A DNA stretch of 64,000 nucleotides, from positions 96,001 through 160,000 of the IMG/VR virus record IMGVR_UViG_3300044695_006747; one strand, written 5' to 3'. Source of the stretch: a virus. A model generated the notes under the pieces. It saw only the letters and a program-made list of their open reading frames with translations. It was not told where the DNA came from and did no database searches. Both the position numbers and the translations under genes were made by a program. This document shows, one piece after another, positions 39,091 through 48,588 of the stretch. How positions within the stretch are numbered: the stretch's first letter is position 1; each line of letters starts with the position of its first letter.

Positions 39091-39495
39091 CTAATTGAGA
39101 ATATCAAATAGTCCTTTGTAATATTTTGGTTGATTAATAAAATGAACAGCATGAGATTGCAAATGTGCTTTGTATGCTGAGTTTATAGGATCAGCAACCC
39201 AATATTTTGTTTTCCAAATTGGTTCATTTGCATAATTGGATCCCAAATACTGGAGTTTGTCTTTTCCTCCAGTATTGGGATTCCAACTATTCACAGGAAA
39301 CACTATCATCTTATCGAAGTCATAATCTTTTTTAAAGATATCGTTGATCATTTTGCTTATCCATTCAGACAACGGAGAGTTTTGATTCATATCAAATTTG
39401 AAATAAAACTTATATGGATCATACTGATCACTATAATCATTATTATAGTAGTCATCATCGTATTCGTCATCTTCGTCATCGTATGGATCTTGCAT
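39091..39495 (-). CDS. Hypothetical protein
   Basis: 134-aa ORF with acidic N-terminus. Confidence 0.65.
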   Translation of the reverse strand: MQDPYDDEDDEYDDDYYNNDYSDQYDPYKFYFKFDMNQNSPLSEWISKMINDIFKKDYDFDKMIVFPVNSWNPNTGGKDKLQYLGSNYANEPIWKTKYWVADPINSAYKAHLQSHAVHFINQPKYYKGLFDILN

Positions 39496-39498
39496 TTT

Positions 39499-40644
39499 TC
39501 ATCCTATACAAAATTGGTCACTTAGTTGGTTAGCAAGGTCTTTGGCCGCACTACTCAGAAAGCGATTGTTGCTGAAATACAACGCTGTGGACGCTTGGTT
39601 TAGGTAGTCAACGACCGTTTTTAAAAGTTTGGTCTGCTGACCGCTCAGATTTAAACAATCGCCTCCACGACACGCTGGCTGAACCATTTCGGGATCACCA
39701 TAAGCCTTTTCTGGCATACCATCATCCTCGTCATTTAGATCATCATTATTGTATGACTTATTGTGAGGATCATTTACTAGTGTGCTAAGAATCTGCTTGG
39801 CAACGTCTATTGGCACTGGTAGATTATTAGCATCAGCCTGTTTGTAAGCCTTGGCATAACCCTTGTACCATTCGTCGCTGCACTTTGCAGGATCAATAAC
39901 AATATTGGTTGTTTGACCAGTAAGAGCAGATTGCAAATCAGCCACATTAATTACATCCCCAGTTGATCCTGGCAGCATACTGGTAAAGTAAGGAGCCTTC
40001 CCCTCCCAACCCTTACGCCACCAAGTATAAGGAACACGATAAATCTGATTGGCCTTGATCGCTCGTGGATCACCACCAAAGTAATTTACTAGTTTCTTCT
40101 GTAGGCCATTCCAGTATGTCTTATTTTTACCAACAAGTTGTCGAGACTTGTCATCAAAAAGCCAGTAGCACTGATAACCATTACGAGTATCAACTACCCA
40201 ACTAGGCTTAACCGGAAAGTTGTTAATCTTTTCAAGAAATCTCTTCTTATGCTGCATCACAACACTAGGCTTAAAGTATTTACCCTCGCTGTCTCGACCA
40301 GCATCCATATCACAAAAGCAACAAGTAAACTGATCGATATGGAAAAGTTTACGACCACCATTCACATAAAAGTAAACATCAGAACCTTTGTTTTGATTAG
40401 CATCTAAAACCTCATCAAGACCATCATCAAGACTATTAGTATGACTCATGCTACTAATCTTCTTACGAGGATTGCCGTTATAAACCAAGATATTATTTTG
40501 CTTGAAAGAAGTCAAAAATTTTTGACGAGCATGAGCATATCCATTAGCGTGAACATTGTTATTCTTATCAAACGGATTAAAACCAAGATTATCGCTAAAC
40601 ATTTCTTTACCTATTTCTTCTGTGAACCTATATTGGGGTGGCAA
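39499..40644 (-). CDS. RepB-type DNA primase domain protein (probable start MFSDNLG)
   Basis: VYFYVN, DMD, PSWVVDTRNGYQCYW, GGD...RVP. Confidence 0.6.
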   Translation of the reverse strand: MPPQYRFTEEIGKEMFSDNLGFNPFDKNNNVHANGYAHARQKFLTSFKQNNILVYNGNPRKKISSMSHTNSLDDGLDEVLDANQNKGSDVYFYVNGGRKLFHIDQFTCCFCDMDAGRDSEGKYFKPSVVMQHKKRFLEKINNFPVKPSWVVDTRNGYQCYWLFDDKSRQLVGKNKTYWNGLQKKLVNYFGGDPRAIKANQIYRVPYTWWRKGWEGKAPYFTSMLPGSTGDVINVADLQSALTGQTTNIVIDPAKCSDEWYKGYAKAYKQADANNLPVPIDVAKQILSTLVNDPHNKSYNNDDLNDEDDGMPEKAYGDPEMVQPACRGGDCLNLSGQQTKLLKTVVDYLNQASTALYFSNNRFLSSAAKDLANQLSDQFCIG

Positions 40645-40669
40645 CCTCTACCACCATTAGCAATATAAA

Positions 40670-40730
40670 ATAGCGGGAGGGAATCGAACCCTCTCAAATA
40701 GCGTGTATATCATTCGATACCAGAGGCTAT
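40670..40730 (-). ncRNA. Candidate tRNA-like structured RNA (T-arm only)
   Basis: GAGGG-TTCGATT-CCCTC T-arm and ATAGC/GCTAT helix; no full cloverleaf. Confidence 0.3.
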
Positions 40731-40764
40731 TATCTTAGTCCCCAGACTCCACTAATTCTTTTAA

Positions 40765-41670
40765 TCAACCAGGGTACGAGTTGTCGTAATCGTCCTCGTC
40801 CTCATAATCCTCATCTTCATCTTCGTCATCAAACTGATCCCAGTAATCATCACGGATATCATAGTCCTCATCCTCGTCATCATAACCAGCATACTCATCC
40901 TCTGAGAATGTTGCCGAATACAACGGCTTGAGAAGTTCTCCTTGATATTCACCAACCACAAGATATTCGCATGTGCGAAGTTTCTCACAGTTACAATCAC
41001 TAGGAACACTCACAACGTCCTTGGGATTAATCTTGACGATCACAATCTTGTCGCCGCTCTCAAGACTACCATAACCAGCAACATAGTTCAATGCACCAGC
41101 ATGAAGTCCATCAGAACAACCTCGACTACGATCATCATCAACCTTTGCTCTGGTCATCTTGCAGATGTTACCAACGCTATTGTCAAATACTCCACGATAC
41201 TTATCCTTGTAGTCATTCCTGACTGCCTTATAAGCAAGGAAACAACCATCCTCAGTAATGGGCAGATGCTCATGCTCAAGGAAATCATACAGTTCCTTTT
41301 GACTCTGCATACTAGGATTATCCATAAGATTATTCAGGAAATTAACTAGGGGCTGAAAAGGCAGACCCTTGCTCATGAACTCCAGAATACGCTTACTGAT
41401 ACTACCATGAACAACCTCGCCCTCATAAGTGACTTGGCCGTTCTTAATCTCCACAAGACCATCACTAAAAGTAGCAACAGCCTTTTCAACATCCACAATC
41501 TCCAAGAGTTCATCAGCGTTTGCAGTTGGCAACGCCTCAAGAATCATCTTGTAATTAATATGATCCGGCAAAACCTGATACGTCCTGTTGTTAAGAACAA
41601 GCGTAAGATTACCATCAACCCACATAAAAGGAACACTCATTTGTTTTCTCCTGTTCTCCTGTGAAATCAA
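40765..41670 (-). CDS. rIIB: rIIB-like protein
   Basis: FLAYKAVR, CSDGLHAG, VKINPKDVVSVP, KLRTCEY; follows rIIA. Confidence 0.88.
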   Translation of the reverse strand: MISQENRRKQMSVPFMWVDGNLTLVLNNRTYQVLPDHINYKMILEALPTANADELLEIVDVEKAVATFSDGLVEIKNGQVTYEGEVVHGSISKRILEFMSKGLPFQPLVNFLNNLMDNPSMQSQKELYDFLEHEHLPITEDGCFLAYKAVRNDYKDKYRGVFDNSVGNICKMTRAKVDDDRSRGCSDGLHAGALNYVAGYGSLESGDKIVIVKINPKDVVSVPSDCNCEKLRTCEYLVVGEYQGELLKPLYSATFSEDEYAGYDDEDEDYDIRDDYWDQFDDEDEDEDYEDEDDYDNSYPG

Positions 41671-44312
41671 CCTATAATTTGACCGAATTGAACCCTCAAC
41701 TTATCAACATCATTAATCACACTAAACCAACCATTGACATTACTACCATAATAATCACGATTTCTATCATTTTGCTTGAGAGGATTAACATTTCTCAATT
41801 CTCTCAAATTGCCACTAACAGGCATAACACATATAGTATACTTCAGTATCGGATTGTTGTCAAGTTCCGCTTTAATCGTTTTTCTAAGATCAGCGATCTT
41901 TGGAGCAACATACTCATTGTCAGAATCTGCCTTCTTAAAAATTTTCTTGTATTGTGAAACCTTTTCGTTTTCATAGATACTATCAATGATACGATTGATC
42001 TGATTATAGATAACATTAGCATCTTTAATCTTGGCACTATCAAGACCATTGATTCCAAAATCGCTCAATAGTTTAGTCATGTGACCATAGTAGTCATCCT
42101 TATTAAACTTTTTGATATCAAATTCGCTACGATGAATAGTATCAGCAAAGAACTCCAAAGTCATCAGACTATCTAGAGTTTGCACAATATCCTTGTTATT
42201 GATAAAGTCAGCATACTCAAGTCCGAACATATTAAGCATATGAAATAGGAACTGTCGATCCACATATCCTTGACCATAGCCATGATTCATCTTATCATCT
42301 GAGTTATATTCAGAACGACACTGTTCTACAAGATTATTAAACTGATAAATATCCTTGAACTTACTATCATTAAGTTTCTTCAAGCGAGTCTTGAACCAAG
42401 TGTTAAAATCCACAAGGTTGTACCCCTCCTTGATTAAACGATCCACCACTCCATGCTTGATAGCATAAATATTTGTATCATCAAATATCTTGTACTTCTC
42501 AAAGAAGTCTTTGTGGCTATACAAACCGTTGATGGAAGGATAATCAGTAGTAGCAGTAGCATATCTCAGGATAGGAATATACACAATCTCGTCTGCATCT
42601 TCTAGATCATTAAGACTATCAACACTAAGACTGTGCATATAGGAAGCATCATTATAGTCATAGTTTAGCGGACTAGTATTCTTCAGATCACCAAAGATCA
42701 AGAAAATATCTTGGTCACTAACACTACCCTTACTACCCTTACTACCCTTGGCTTTAGGAGTTGACTTAATAAGATCACGATACTCTGACACATCTAGAAT
42801 ATTCTTTTCACCAACATCAGCAACAAGATCAGCAAAGTTATTCTTTACATCAGTATGATCTTTAGCATTAACCATAAGATATGCGAAACAATCATTCTGA
42901 TTGCAATACTTTGTCACAATCTTTTTGGCTGTTTCAGTAGCACTAATGTCGCACCAGAAGAAAATCATCTGACCAGACTTTCTGCCGGAAGTGTTCCAAT
43001 AGTTATATCCCTTGCCAGTAAGAGTATCGTGGTGGATTCTGTCTGTCATATAAACCATACGACGAGAACGATAGCCCGATGTTCTGTAATTGAACACATA
43101 CAGATTCTCATCCTTCTTGAGTTTATACTCAATATCTTGACCACTAGAAATATCGTGAATTTTGCCAGCGGGATCAGTCCAACTAGCACCAACTCCCCAA
43201 CCACCAGCAAGATCGTTCATCTGATAATAAGTGCTGATCGCTTCGATCTTGGTCTTGGCGGTAGCAATCTTGTCGCTAAAATTCTTCTTGAGTTCCAAGA
43301 AAATATCTTGGGTCTTTTCCCTAAGAGCCTTTACAACACCCTTAGTATACTGTAGACCCTCTCGACTAACATCCATCTCAAGTTCACCAATATTGAAATC
43401 AAGTTCAAGATAAAGACCCTGACCAATGATTTCACCAACGAAAGCCTTCCACGAAGCAATGTCGGCCTTATTGAAAGCACGATTCCACTTAGCGATATGA
43501 TCTGGTGTTTCGGCCTTTTCCTCACCAATAAGATGAGAAACCTCAACAGGATATGCGATATTACCCATCAGAGCAATAACGCCACTCTGAATACGATGGT
43601 AATTGTTCGGAAACTTATTATTATCGTTATTGAGTCGGCAAACACGCCACCCATCACCATCAATAACAACATTTCGCTGGCTATATTCCTTGGTAAAATC
43701 CCAATGAACGCCGCCATTAATAATGGGCTTCATTCGGAAATAATGAAAAACCCTAATAGCCTTCTGACTAAACTCTTGGAAATCATATTGCTTAACAGCA
43801 AAACTAATCTCCAAACCATTAGGCTCAGTAGTATCTGTAGAATGAATAAGATTCAACGTAGGCACACCCGCATCATCAATAGCAGCAATATAAGTATACT
43901 GCTTACCATTGAAATAAGAGGTTGTGGTAAAACTCTTAGTATAAGCAAACGGACTCTTAGACCCTAGACCAAGACAGCCCACAAAATCGTTACTATCATT
44001 TTTATTGCTAGCACCATAAGTAGTATACAGACTCTCCATGTCTGCCTGACTAAGACCAGTGCCGTAATCACGCACACTGAAATTAGGATCAGCAGCAGTT
44101 GGCAACTTTACAAGAAAAGGATTCTTGTTGCCTGCACCAACATGAGAGTCATAAGCATTTGTGGCAAGTTCACGAATAACTGCCATTACTTTGTCGGAAT
44201 AAAGAGAATCCGACAAAATCTTAAACATTTTGCTAGTTTGAGCAATCGTAAACTGATTCGACGCACTAATACCAGCACTGTGAACCTCAACCGTTCGATC
44301 CGCAAGTTTCAT
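41667..44312 (-). CDS. rIIA: rIIA-like protein (N-terminal GHKL/HATPase domain)
   Basis: ILSDSLYSDK, IRELATNAYDSH, VRDYGTGL, GLGSKSPFAY, SREGL. Confidence 0.9.
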   Translation of the reverse strand: MKLADRTVEVHSAGISASNQFTIAQTSKMFKILSDSLYSDKVMAVIRELATNAYDSHVGAGNKNPFLVKLPTAADPNFSVRDYGTGLSQADMESLYTTYGASNKNDSNDFVGCLGLGSKSPFAYTKSFTTTSYFNGKQYTYIAAIDDAGVPTLNLIHSTDTTEPNGLEISFAVKQYDFQEFSQKAIRVFHYFRMKPIINGGVHWDFTKEYSQRNVVIDGDGWRVCRLNNDNNKFPNNYHRIQSGVIALMGNIAYPVEVSHLIGEEKAETPDHIAKWNRAFNKADIASWKAFVGEIIGQGLYLELDFNIGELEMDVSREGLQYTKGVVKALREKTQDIFLELKKNFSDKIATAKTKIEAISTYYQMNDLAGGWGVGASWTDPAGKIHDISSGQDIEYKLKKDENLYVFNYRTSGYRSRRMVYMTDRIHHDTLTGKGYNYWNTSGRKSGQMIFFWCDISATETAKKIVTKYCNQNDCFAYLMVNAKDHTDVKNNFADLVADVGEKNILDVSEYRDLIKSTPKAKGSKGSKGSVSDQDIFLIFGDLKNTSPLNYDYNDASYMHSLSVDSLNDLEDADEIVYIPILRYATATTDYPSINGLYSHKDFFEKYKIFDDTNIYAIKHGVVDRLIKEGYNLVDFNTWFKTRLKKLNDSKFKDIYQFNNLVEQCRSEYNSDDKMNHGYGQGYVDRQFLFHMLNMFGLEYADFINNKDIVQTLDSLMTLEFFADTIHRSEFDIKKFNKDDYYGHMTKLLSDFGINGLDSAKIKDANVIYNQINRIIDSIYENEKVSQYKKIFKKADSDNEYVAPKIADLRKTIKAELDNNPILKYTICVMPVSGNLRELRNVNPLKQNDRNRDYYGSNVNGWFSVINDVDKLRVQFGQIIG

Positions 44313-44343
44313 TTTGTTTCTCCAAGTGTCCTGTGATGCTCCT

Positions 44344-44371
44344 AGTATACATCGTCAATCCGCGTTGTCAA
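44344..44371 (-). promoter_or_regulatory. Sigma70-like promoter TTGACA-N16-TATACT for rIIA
   Basis: Upstream of rIIA RBS; spacer contains CGATG. Confidence 0.7.
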
Positions 44372-44705
44372 CATTACGCTTTCTGGATTGCAAGATTTCT
44401 TTCATTTTCATTGTCGCAAAAGTTCCCGCAAACGCACCTAAAAATAGTGGAATAACATAGATCATATTTTGACTAAAACTAACCACACCAAATGCTGACA
44501 AAGAAGTTATCATTCCGGCCATAAAAGATGACATTAAATTTTGTCTAGATTCTATGCAAAGTATATAATAAGCATAGAACATATCCAATATAAAATATGT
44601 AGCAAATATTAGTAGAGCAATATTTATATCAAATTGATTCGTTATTGTCATCTTCCCAAAAGTCATCCTCTTTTGATGCCCAATGTTCATCGCTATCATT
44701 ATCAT
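44355..44705 (-). CDS. Small multi-TM membrane protein (probable start MTITNQ)
   Basis: Three hydrophobic segments. Confidence 0.65.
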   Translation of the reverse strand: MIMIAMNIGHQKRMTFGKMTITNQFDINIALLIFATYFILDMFYAYYILCIESRQNLMSSFMAGMITSLSAFGVVSFSQNMIYVIPLFLGAFAGTFATMKMKEILQSRKRNVDNAD

Positions 44706-44940
44706 AATTATCTTCTAAATCCTCATCATCTTCTTCTTCTGCTAACATAATAGTAAAGTTATTTAATATTTCAAGCATCATATCAACTTTAAATGATATA
44801 TCTTTAACCTGCTTTTTGACATCATTTATTTCCTTTAATATTTTTTCGTGATCTTTTTCCAGATTCGTAATGTCTCTAACAAATAATTTATCAGACTGAT
44901 TGATTTTTTTAATTACATCATCAAATTCTTTTGACATCAC
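44629..44940 (-). CDS. Coiled-coil hypothetical protein with acidic tail
   Basis: 103-aa ORF with RBS. Confidence 0.65.
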   Translation of the reverse strand: MMSKEFDDVIKKINQSDKLFVRDITNLEKDHEKILKEINDVKKQVKDISFKVDMMLEILNNFTIMLAEEEDDEDLEDNYDNDSDEHWASKEDDFWEDDNNESI

Positions 44941-44983
44941 ATTCTCCTTATTTAAGGAAATATTATCTCACTAATTAATACAC

Positions 44984-45517
44984 CTAATCAATACAATCAC
45001 ACTCATACTTTTCACAGTATGAACATTTTGGGCCAGGATCGGGATTTGCCCAAGCATTACTATTGCCATCGAAACTTTCTTTGCCAGTATCTATGCACAC
45101 AACTCGTTTCTTTCTACCTCTTTTTACAACCCCGACATTATACCAATGACAATCCCAGAATTTTAGTCCAGTTTTAGTATAAATTTCATCTACTAAACAT
45201 TGAATATCGGCCATACTAATTTTGGTATTAGCAGTATGAGTTTTAGCCAATTCTGTTACATATCCCCAATCACTAGGTTCTGGTTGATAAAGATCATCTT
45301 CTGGTGCAAATTCTAGTCTACAGATTTCGCTATAGATTTTTGGCGCTAGATCAAATTTGGCTAATTTCTTATGATATCTATAAGATTCTTGTGCTTTCTT
45401 TTTATTACGAAACTCTTTGAATACTAAATCTTTCTTATCTTTAATAGGATATACTTGACAATACCCACCCTCATCAAACCAATCGCTATAATCTATTAGA
45501 TAATCAGAATTAATCAT
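44984..45517 (-). CDS. Minimal protein-kinase-like fold protein
   Basis: EGGYCQVY (G-loop), VFKEF (Lys), DCHWYN (catalytic loop), CIDTG (DFG-like). Confidence 0.65.
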   Translation of the reverse strand: MINSDYLIDYSDWFDEGGYCQVYPIKDKKDLVFKEFRNKKKAQESYRYHKKLAKFDLAPKIYSEICRLEFAPEDDLYQPEPSDWGYVTELAKTHTANTKISMADIQCLVDEIYTKTGLKFWDCHWYNVGVVKRGRKKRVVCIDTGKESFDGNSNAWANPDPGPKCSYCEKYECDCID

Positions 45518-45839
45518 AAGTTTTATCTACTATAATAGAACCCATAATTTCTTGAGCCACATGAATGGCTTCATTTAAGTCAGATGTTTCACATAACTTA
45601 ATTGGGCCTTTTGGAATATCAATCCAGTATGATCCATATACTCCATAAAAAACATTTCCCAAAGCATGATCGTGCATTAGAAAATCAGTAGCGTCATGGA
45701 AAATATCCAAATACCATTCCCCATACTCATCCTGAACTTCTTTTACTGTATCAACTAAAAGAAAGCGAAAATTAGGATGTTTAAAATCTGGATCACTATA
45801 AACTACTCCTCTATAAAATTTATTTGGTAAACTTACCAT
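45510..45839 (-). CDS. Hypothetical protein
   Basis: 109-aa ORF in operon. Confidence 0.6.
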   Translation of the reverse strand: MVSLPNKFYRGVVYSDPDFKHPNFRFLLVDTVKEVQDEYGEWYLDIFHDATDFLMHDHALGNVFYGVYGSYWIDIPKGPIKLCETSDLNEAIHVAQEIMGSIIVDKTYD

Positions 45840-46200
45840 AGTGATTGTATCCCTTCCAATCTCCGGTTAAAAATTCTTGTCTATTAGAATAGAGAGGCAC
45901 AACTTTCTCATCGGCGTTATGAGGATTATCCATTATTCTCAAATCGTAAAGATCGTGTCTTTCATTTATAAGACCATAAGCAACAGGGTTATCAAACACA
46001 GCAAGAAGTTTATTGTATTCTTGTTTTAGTCTGCTAAGTTCTTGTTCACAACTAAACCATCTTTGTGAATCACTACTATCTTCTCTGAGTTTTTGTAGTT
46101 CATCTTTAGCATTATTTACCACAAAACGATCAGCACCACTTGCCCAAGCAAATTCGATTAGAAAATCAATAGGATTGGCATTTTCATTCATTTCAGACAA
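45820..46200 (-). CDS. Hypothetical protein
   Basis: 126-aa ORF in operon. Confidence 0.6.
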   Translation of the reverse strand: MSEMNENANPIDFLIEFAWASGADRFVVNNAKDELQKLREDSSDSQRWFSCEQELSRLKQEYNKLLAVFDNPVAYGLINERHDLYDLRIMDNPHNADEKVVPLYSNRQEFLTGDWKGYNHYGKFTK

Positions 46201-46471
46201 ATCCTATGCGAGTTTTTTCTGTGGTAACAACAGCCTCTATCTCAGAAGAGTTAAAAGTTTCCGTACAATATGATCGACCATTCCACCAACCACACTTATA
46301 AGTAATAGAATGATTGGGGCCGATACTAACACAAATAATACTTCCATGAACATCATCTGTCAACTTAACTTTGGTTCCAATATTGTAAAATTCTAGAGAG
46401 TTTTTGCTCATTTGTTTTCCTTGTTCTTCAAAGGTTTTGAAATAAGTAGGAGCGATGGGATTCGAACCCAT
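46193..46471 (-). CDS. Hypothetical protein (true start probably MSKNSL, below the tRNA)
   Basis: Longest start lies inside tRNA-Leu; the internal Met is preferred. Confidence 0.6.
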   Translation of the reverse strand: MGSNPIAPTYFKTFEEQGKQMSKNSLEFYNIGTKVKLTDDVHGSIICVSIGPNHSITYKCGWWNGRSYCTETFNSSEIEAVVTTEKTRIGFV

Positions 46472-46519
46472 ACTTGCGAAATTTTAAGTCTCGTGTCTCT
46501 GCCGTTGGACTACGCTCCC
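46447..46519 (-). tRNA. trnL: tRNA-Leu(UAA)
   Basis: Acceptor GGGAGCG/CGCTCCT, D-loop CAACGGCA, anticodon arm CGAGA-CTTAAAA-TTTCG, T-arm ATGGG-TTCGAAT-CCCAT; no encoded CCA. Confidence 0.92.
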
Positions 46520-46523
46520 ATAA

Positions 46524-46604
46524 GGTAATCGACTACAACAATACAAGTCTGAGGTTGATTATGCTTGTGTGCCTCATCCATTATAACTGTTGTAGCCGAC
46601 TACC
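46524..46604 (-). ncRNA. Candidate long-hairpin ncRNA upstream of tRNA-Leu
   Basis: 17-bp closing helix whose only deviations are G-U on the minus strand; inner TGAGG/CCTCA stem with tandem GA pairs. Confidence 0.5.
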
Positions 46605-46625
46605 GTTTATTTAAACAATCGACTC

Positions 46626-46913
46626 TCAGCCGTTATTGTGAGCCTTGAGGCGACGAACAATCTCAGCCATAGCCTCGACGTTATCAACCGTCCTAGCAGG
46701 CTTCGCACGTTCCATAGCGGGCAGTTCAATACCCTTCTTAGCAAGATCGGCCTTTACGCGAGCGTAACGAGCCGCTGTGCTTGCAACCTTCTGACCAGTC
46801 TTAGTAGCAATCTCAGCATAAGTCTTGCTGCTAAAAACAGCCTCAAGAAATGCCTCATCGCTGCAACGAACACGGGTCTGCTTCTCAACATTAGTAACTT
46901 CAGCCATAATCAA
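46626..46913 (-). CDS. Small basic protein, possible HTH
   Basis: SKTYAEIATKTGQKVASTAARY; own promoter; GC-richer codons. Confidence 0.7.
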   Translation of the reverse strand: MIMAEVTNVEKQTRVRCSDEAFLEAVFSSKTYAEIATKTGQKVASTAARYARVKADLAKKGIELPAMERAKPARTVDNVEAMAEIVRRLKAHNNG

Positions 46914-46985
46914 CCTCCAAATCTTAAAACATCAACAGTCTTTGCGAGTCAGTCACGCGACCGATCCTCTCGCTTGGACTCTCCT

Positions 46986-47013
46986 ATTCTATCATCTTTC
47001 ATCGGCTTGTCAA
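46986..47013 (-). promoter_or_regulatory. Sigma70-like promoter TTGACA-N16-TAGAAT
   Basis: Upstream of ORF-hairpin-tRNA-Leu unit; spacer contains CCGATG. Confidence 0.7.
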
Positions 47014-47778
47014 CTGCTCAACTTGAATTTTCGAAAATTCACAATATTTTTTGTATAACTCAGATATCTTACAATTTTTATCTATACTTAGATGTTTTTC
47101 GCTATCTGACCATGTGGATGTATATAAATGAATACAGTATGTTTTTTCAGATATCTTTATATTTGATGATAATAAATATTCTTTAACTTTCCAATATTCA
47201 AAAGGACAAAAAGTAATTGGTGAATATATTTTTGGATTTAATTTTAAATCCTTAATTTTTTTATCCAAAAATTTTGGACCAATTTTACCCCAAGGAACAT
47301 TGCCTTCATAATGATTGAAGATACGATAAGACTCATCGAAACAAATCTTAAAAAACTCAGAATTTGGAGGAGACTTTATAATACCATTACATAAACAAGA
47401 AACTCCTTTAGAAGAATAATGTTCAGCAAAAACATATTCATCATCTATATCAAACTTATTTATACAGCAACTATCTGTGTCGTGCCACCATCCACCATTT
47501 ATAGATAAAAGCCTATATCGAAACATATCAGAAAAACTACCATATTTCCAACTAGAACTAATATTATTAGTATAAATAGTGCATTGTTTAAATTTTTTTA
47601 TATCAATAATTGCATTTGCATCCTTAATACAAGTATCTTTTGGTGCATTATCTATGTCATTATAAGTATATAAATGATATTCATAATTATTTTTGATAAA
47701 ACTATTAATACATAATATTTCAGTGTCTAATAATTTTTTTCCATACCAAAAAGATTGAATAATTTTATTCTGATTCAT
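46999..47778 (-). CDS. GT32-family (DxD) glycosyltransferase
   Basis: QSFWYG, SDMFRY, GGWWHDTD, WGKIGP. Confidence 0.82.
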   Translation of the reverse strand: MNQNKIIQSFWYGKKLLDTEILCINSFIKNNYEYHLYTYNDIDNAPKDTCIKDANAIIDIKKFKQCTIYTNNISSSWKYGSFSDMFRYRLLSINGGWWHDTDSCCINKFDIDDEYVFAEHYSSKGVSCLCNGIIKSPPNSEFFKICFDESYRIFNHYEGNVPWGKIGPKFLDKKIKDLKLNPKIYSPITFCPFEYWKVKEYLLSSNIKISEKTYCIHLYTSTWSDSEKHLSIDKNCKISELYKKYCEFSKIQVEQLTSR

Positions 47779-48439
47779 AGTATTTTTTTAAGGAGTCAAT
47801 TAATAATTCTTGATATATTTTTATATTCTCAAAATATCCAAAATTTTTCCTGTTAGAAGCACTCAAATAGTCTATAAATTTATAGTCTCCACCGATAATA
47901 TTATTACTAATAACAAGTCTTTGACAAGGAATACCGTATGCTTCGGCTATTATTAGTCCATGTAGACTGGAACTCAAAATATTTTCACAAGATTTTACTT
48001 CTTCGATAAAGTTTTTCCAGTTTTGAATTACATTAATTTTATATCCAGAACCACTATATCTTCCTTGATCTATATAGTGTTCTATAATTCCTATTTTATA
48101 TTTTTTTTCTATTTTTGGATTATAGATAAGAGGCAATAATATTGCTGGATCAGATAACGTATCACAACTAGAACTTAGATTTTTAGCTGTTAATTTACCT
48201 CGTAATGCTAAAATTTTACATTTAGGAACGTTATATTTTTCATTTTTTATAAGTCCAGAACCCCAAACAATATCATTTTCTTTTAATGCCCAACTAATTA
48301 TGCTACCAACGCCCAGTAATTTAGAAGAGTAATTTGCAGAAACATTTTGTGTCCTGGTATTTAATATATTTTCAATTAATGGTTTTGTTAATGTATCTCC
48401 TACATTTTTATTACCATCACATTGATATATCTTAATCAT
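47765..48439 (-). CDS. Polysaccharide pyruvyltransferase family protein
   Basis: NVGD, GVGSI, VWGSG, RGKLT, SDPAIL, SSSLHGLIIAEAYGIP. Confidence 0.85.
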   Translation of the reverse strand: MIKIYQCDGNKNVGDTLTKPLIENILNTRTQNVSANYSSKLLGVGSIISWALKENDIVWGSGLIKNEKYNVPKCKILALRGKLTAKNLSSSCDTLSDPAILLPLIYNPKIEKKYKIGIIEHYIDQGRYSGSGYKINVIQNWKNFIEEVKSCENILSSSLHGLIIAEAYGIPCQRLVISNNIIGGDYKFIDYLSASNRKNFGYFENIKIYQELLIDSLKKYYESE

Positions 48440-48552
48440 TTTGAAGTTTTAGAATTATTTTTTTTTCTAAAAATACGTTCATAGTTTTTTTCCCAAGTTT
48501 TATTATCTACATTTTTGGGTCTTCTTTTATCCCCTTTTCCATTTTGACTCAT
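48436..48552 (-). CDS. Small basic phage protein (38 aa)
   Basis: Hand-translated MSQNGKGDKRRPKNVDNKTWEKNYERIF... Confidence 0.55.
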   Translation of the reverse strand: MSQNGKGDKRRPKNVDNKTWEKNYERIFRKKNNSKTSK

Positions 48553-48588
48553 ATTTATGACTCCAGAACAAAACTCCAGTAACGACTA

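Noticed and set aside
40670-40730. Calling the T-arm element a functional tRNA
   Set aside because: Only 5 of 7 acceptor pairs and about 30 nt for the D and anticodon arms; kept only as a low-confidence ncRNA
40775-40900. tcatc/tcgtc-rich repeats at the end of rIIB (similar at 39440-39490)
   Set aside because: Low-complexity Asp/Glu coding sequence
46638-47186. 182-aa plus-strand ORF and other plus-strand ORFs opposite annotated genes (e.g. 42855-43355, 43497-43967, 50860-51321, 59681-60127)
   Set aside because: Antisense shadows of motif-bearing minus-strand genes, with no recognisable motifs
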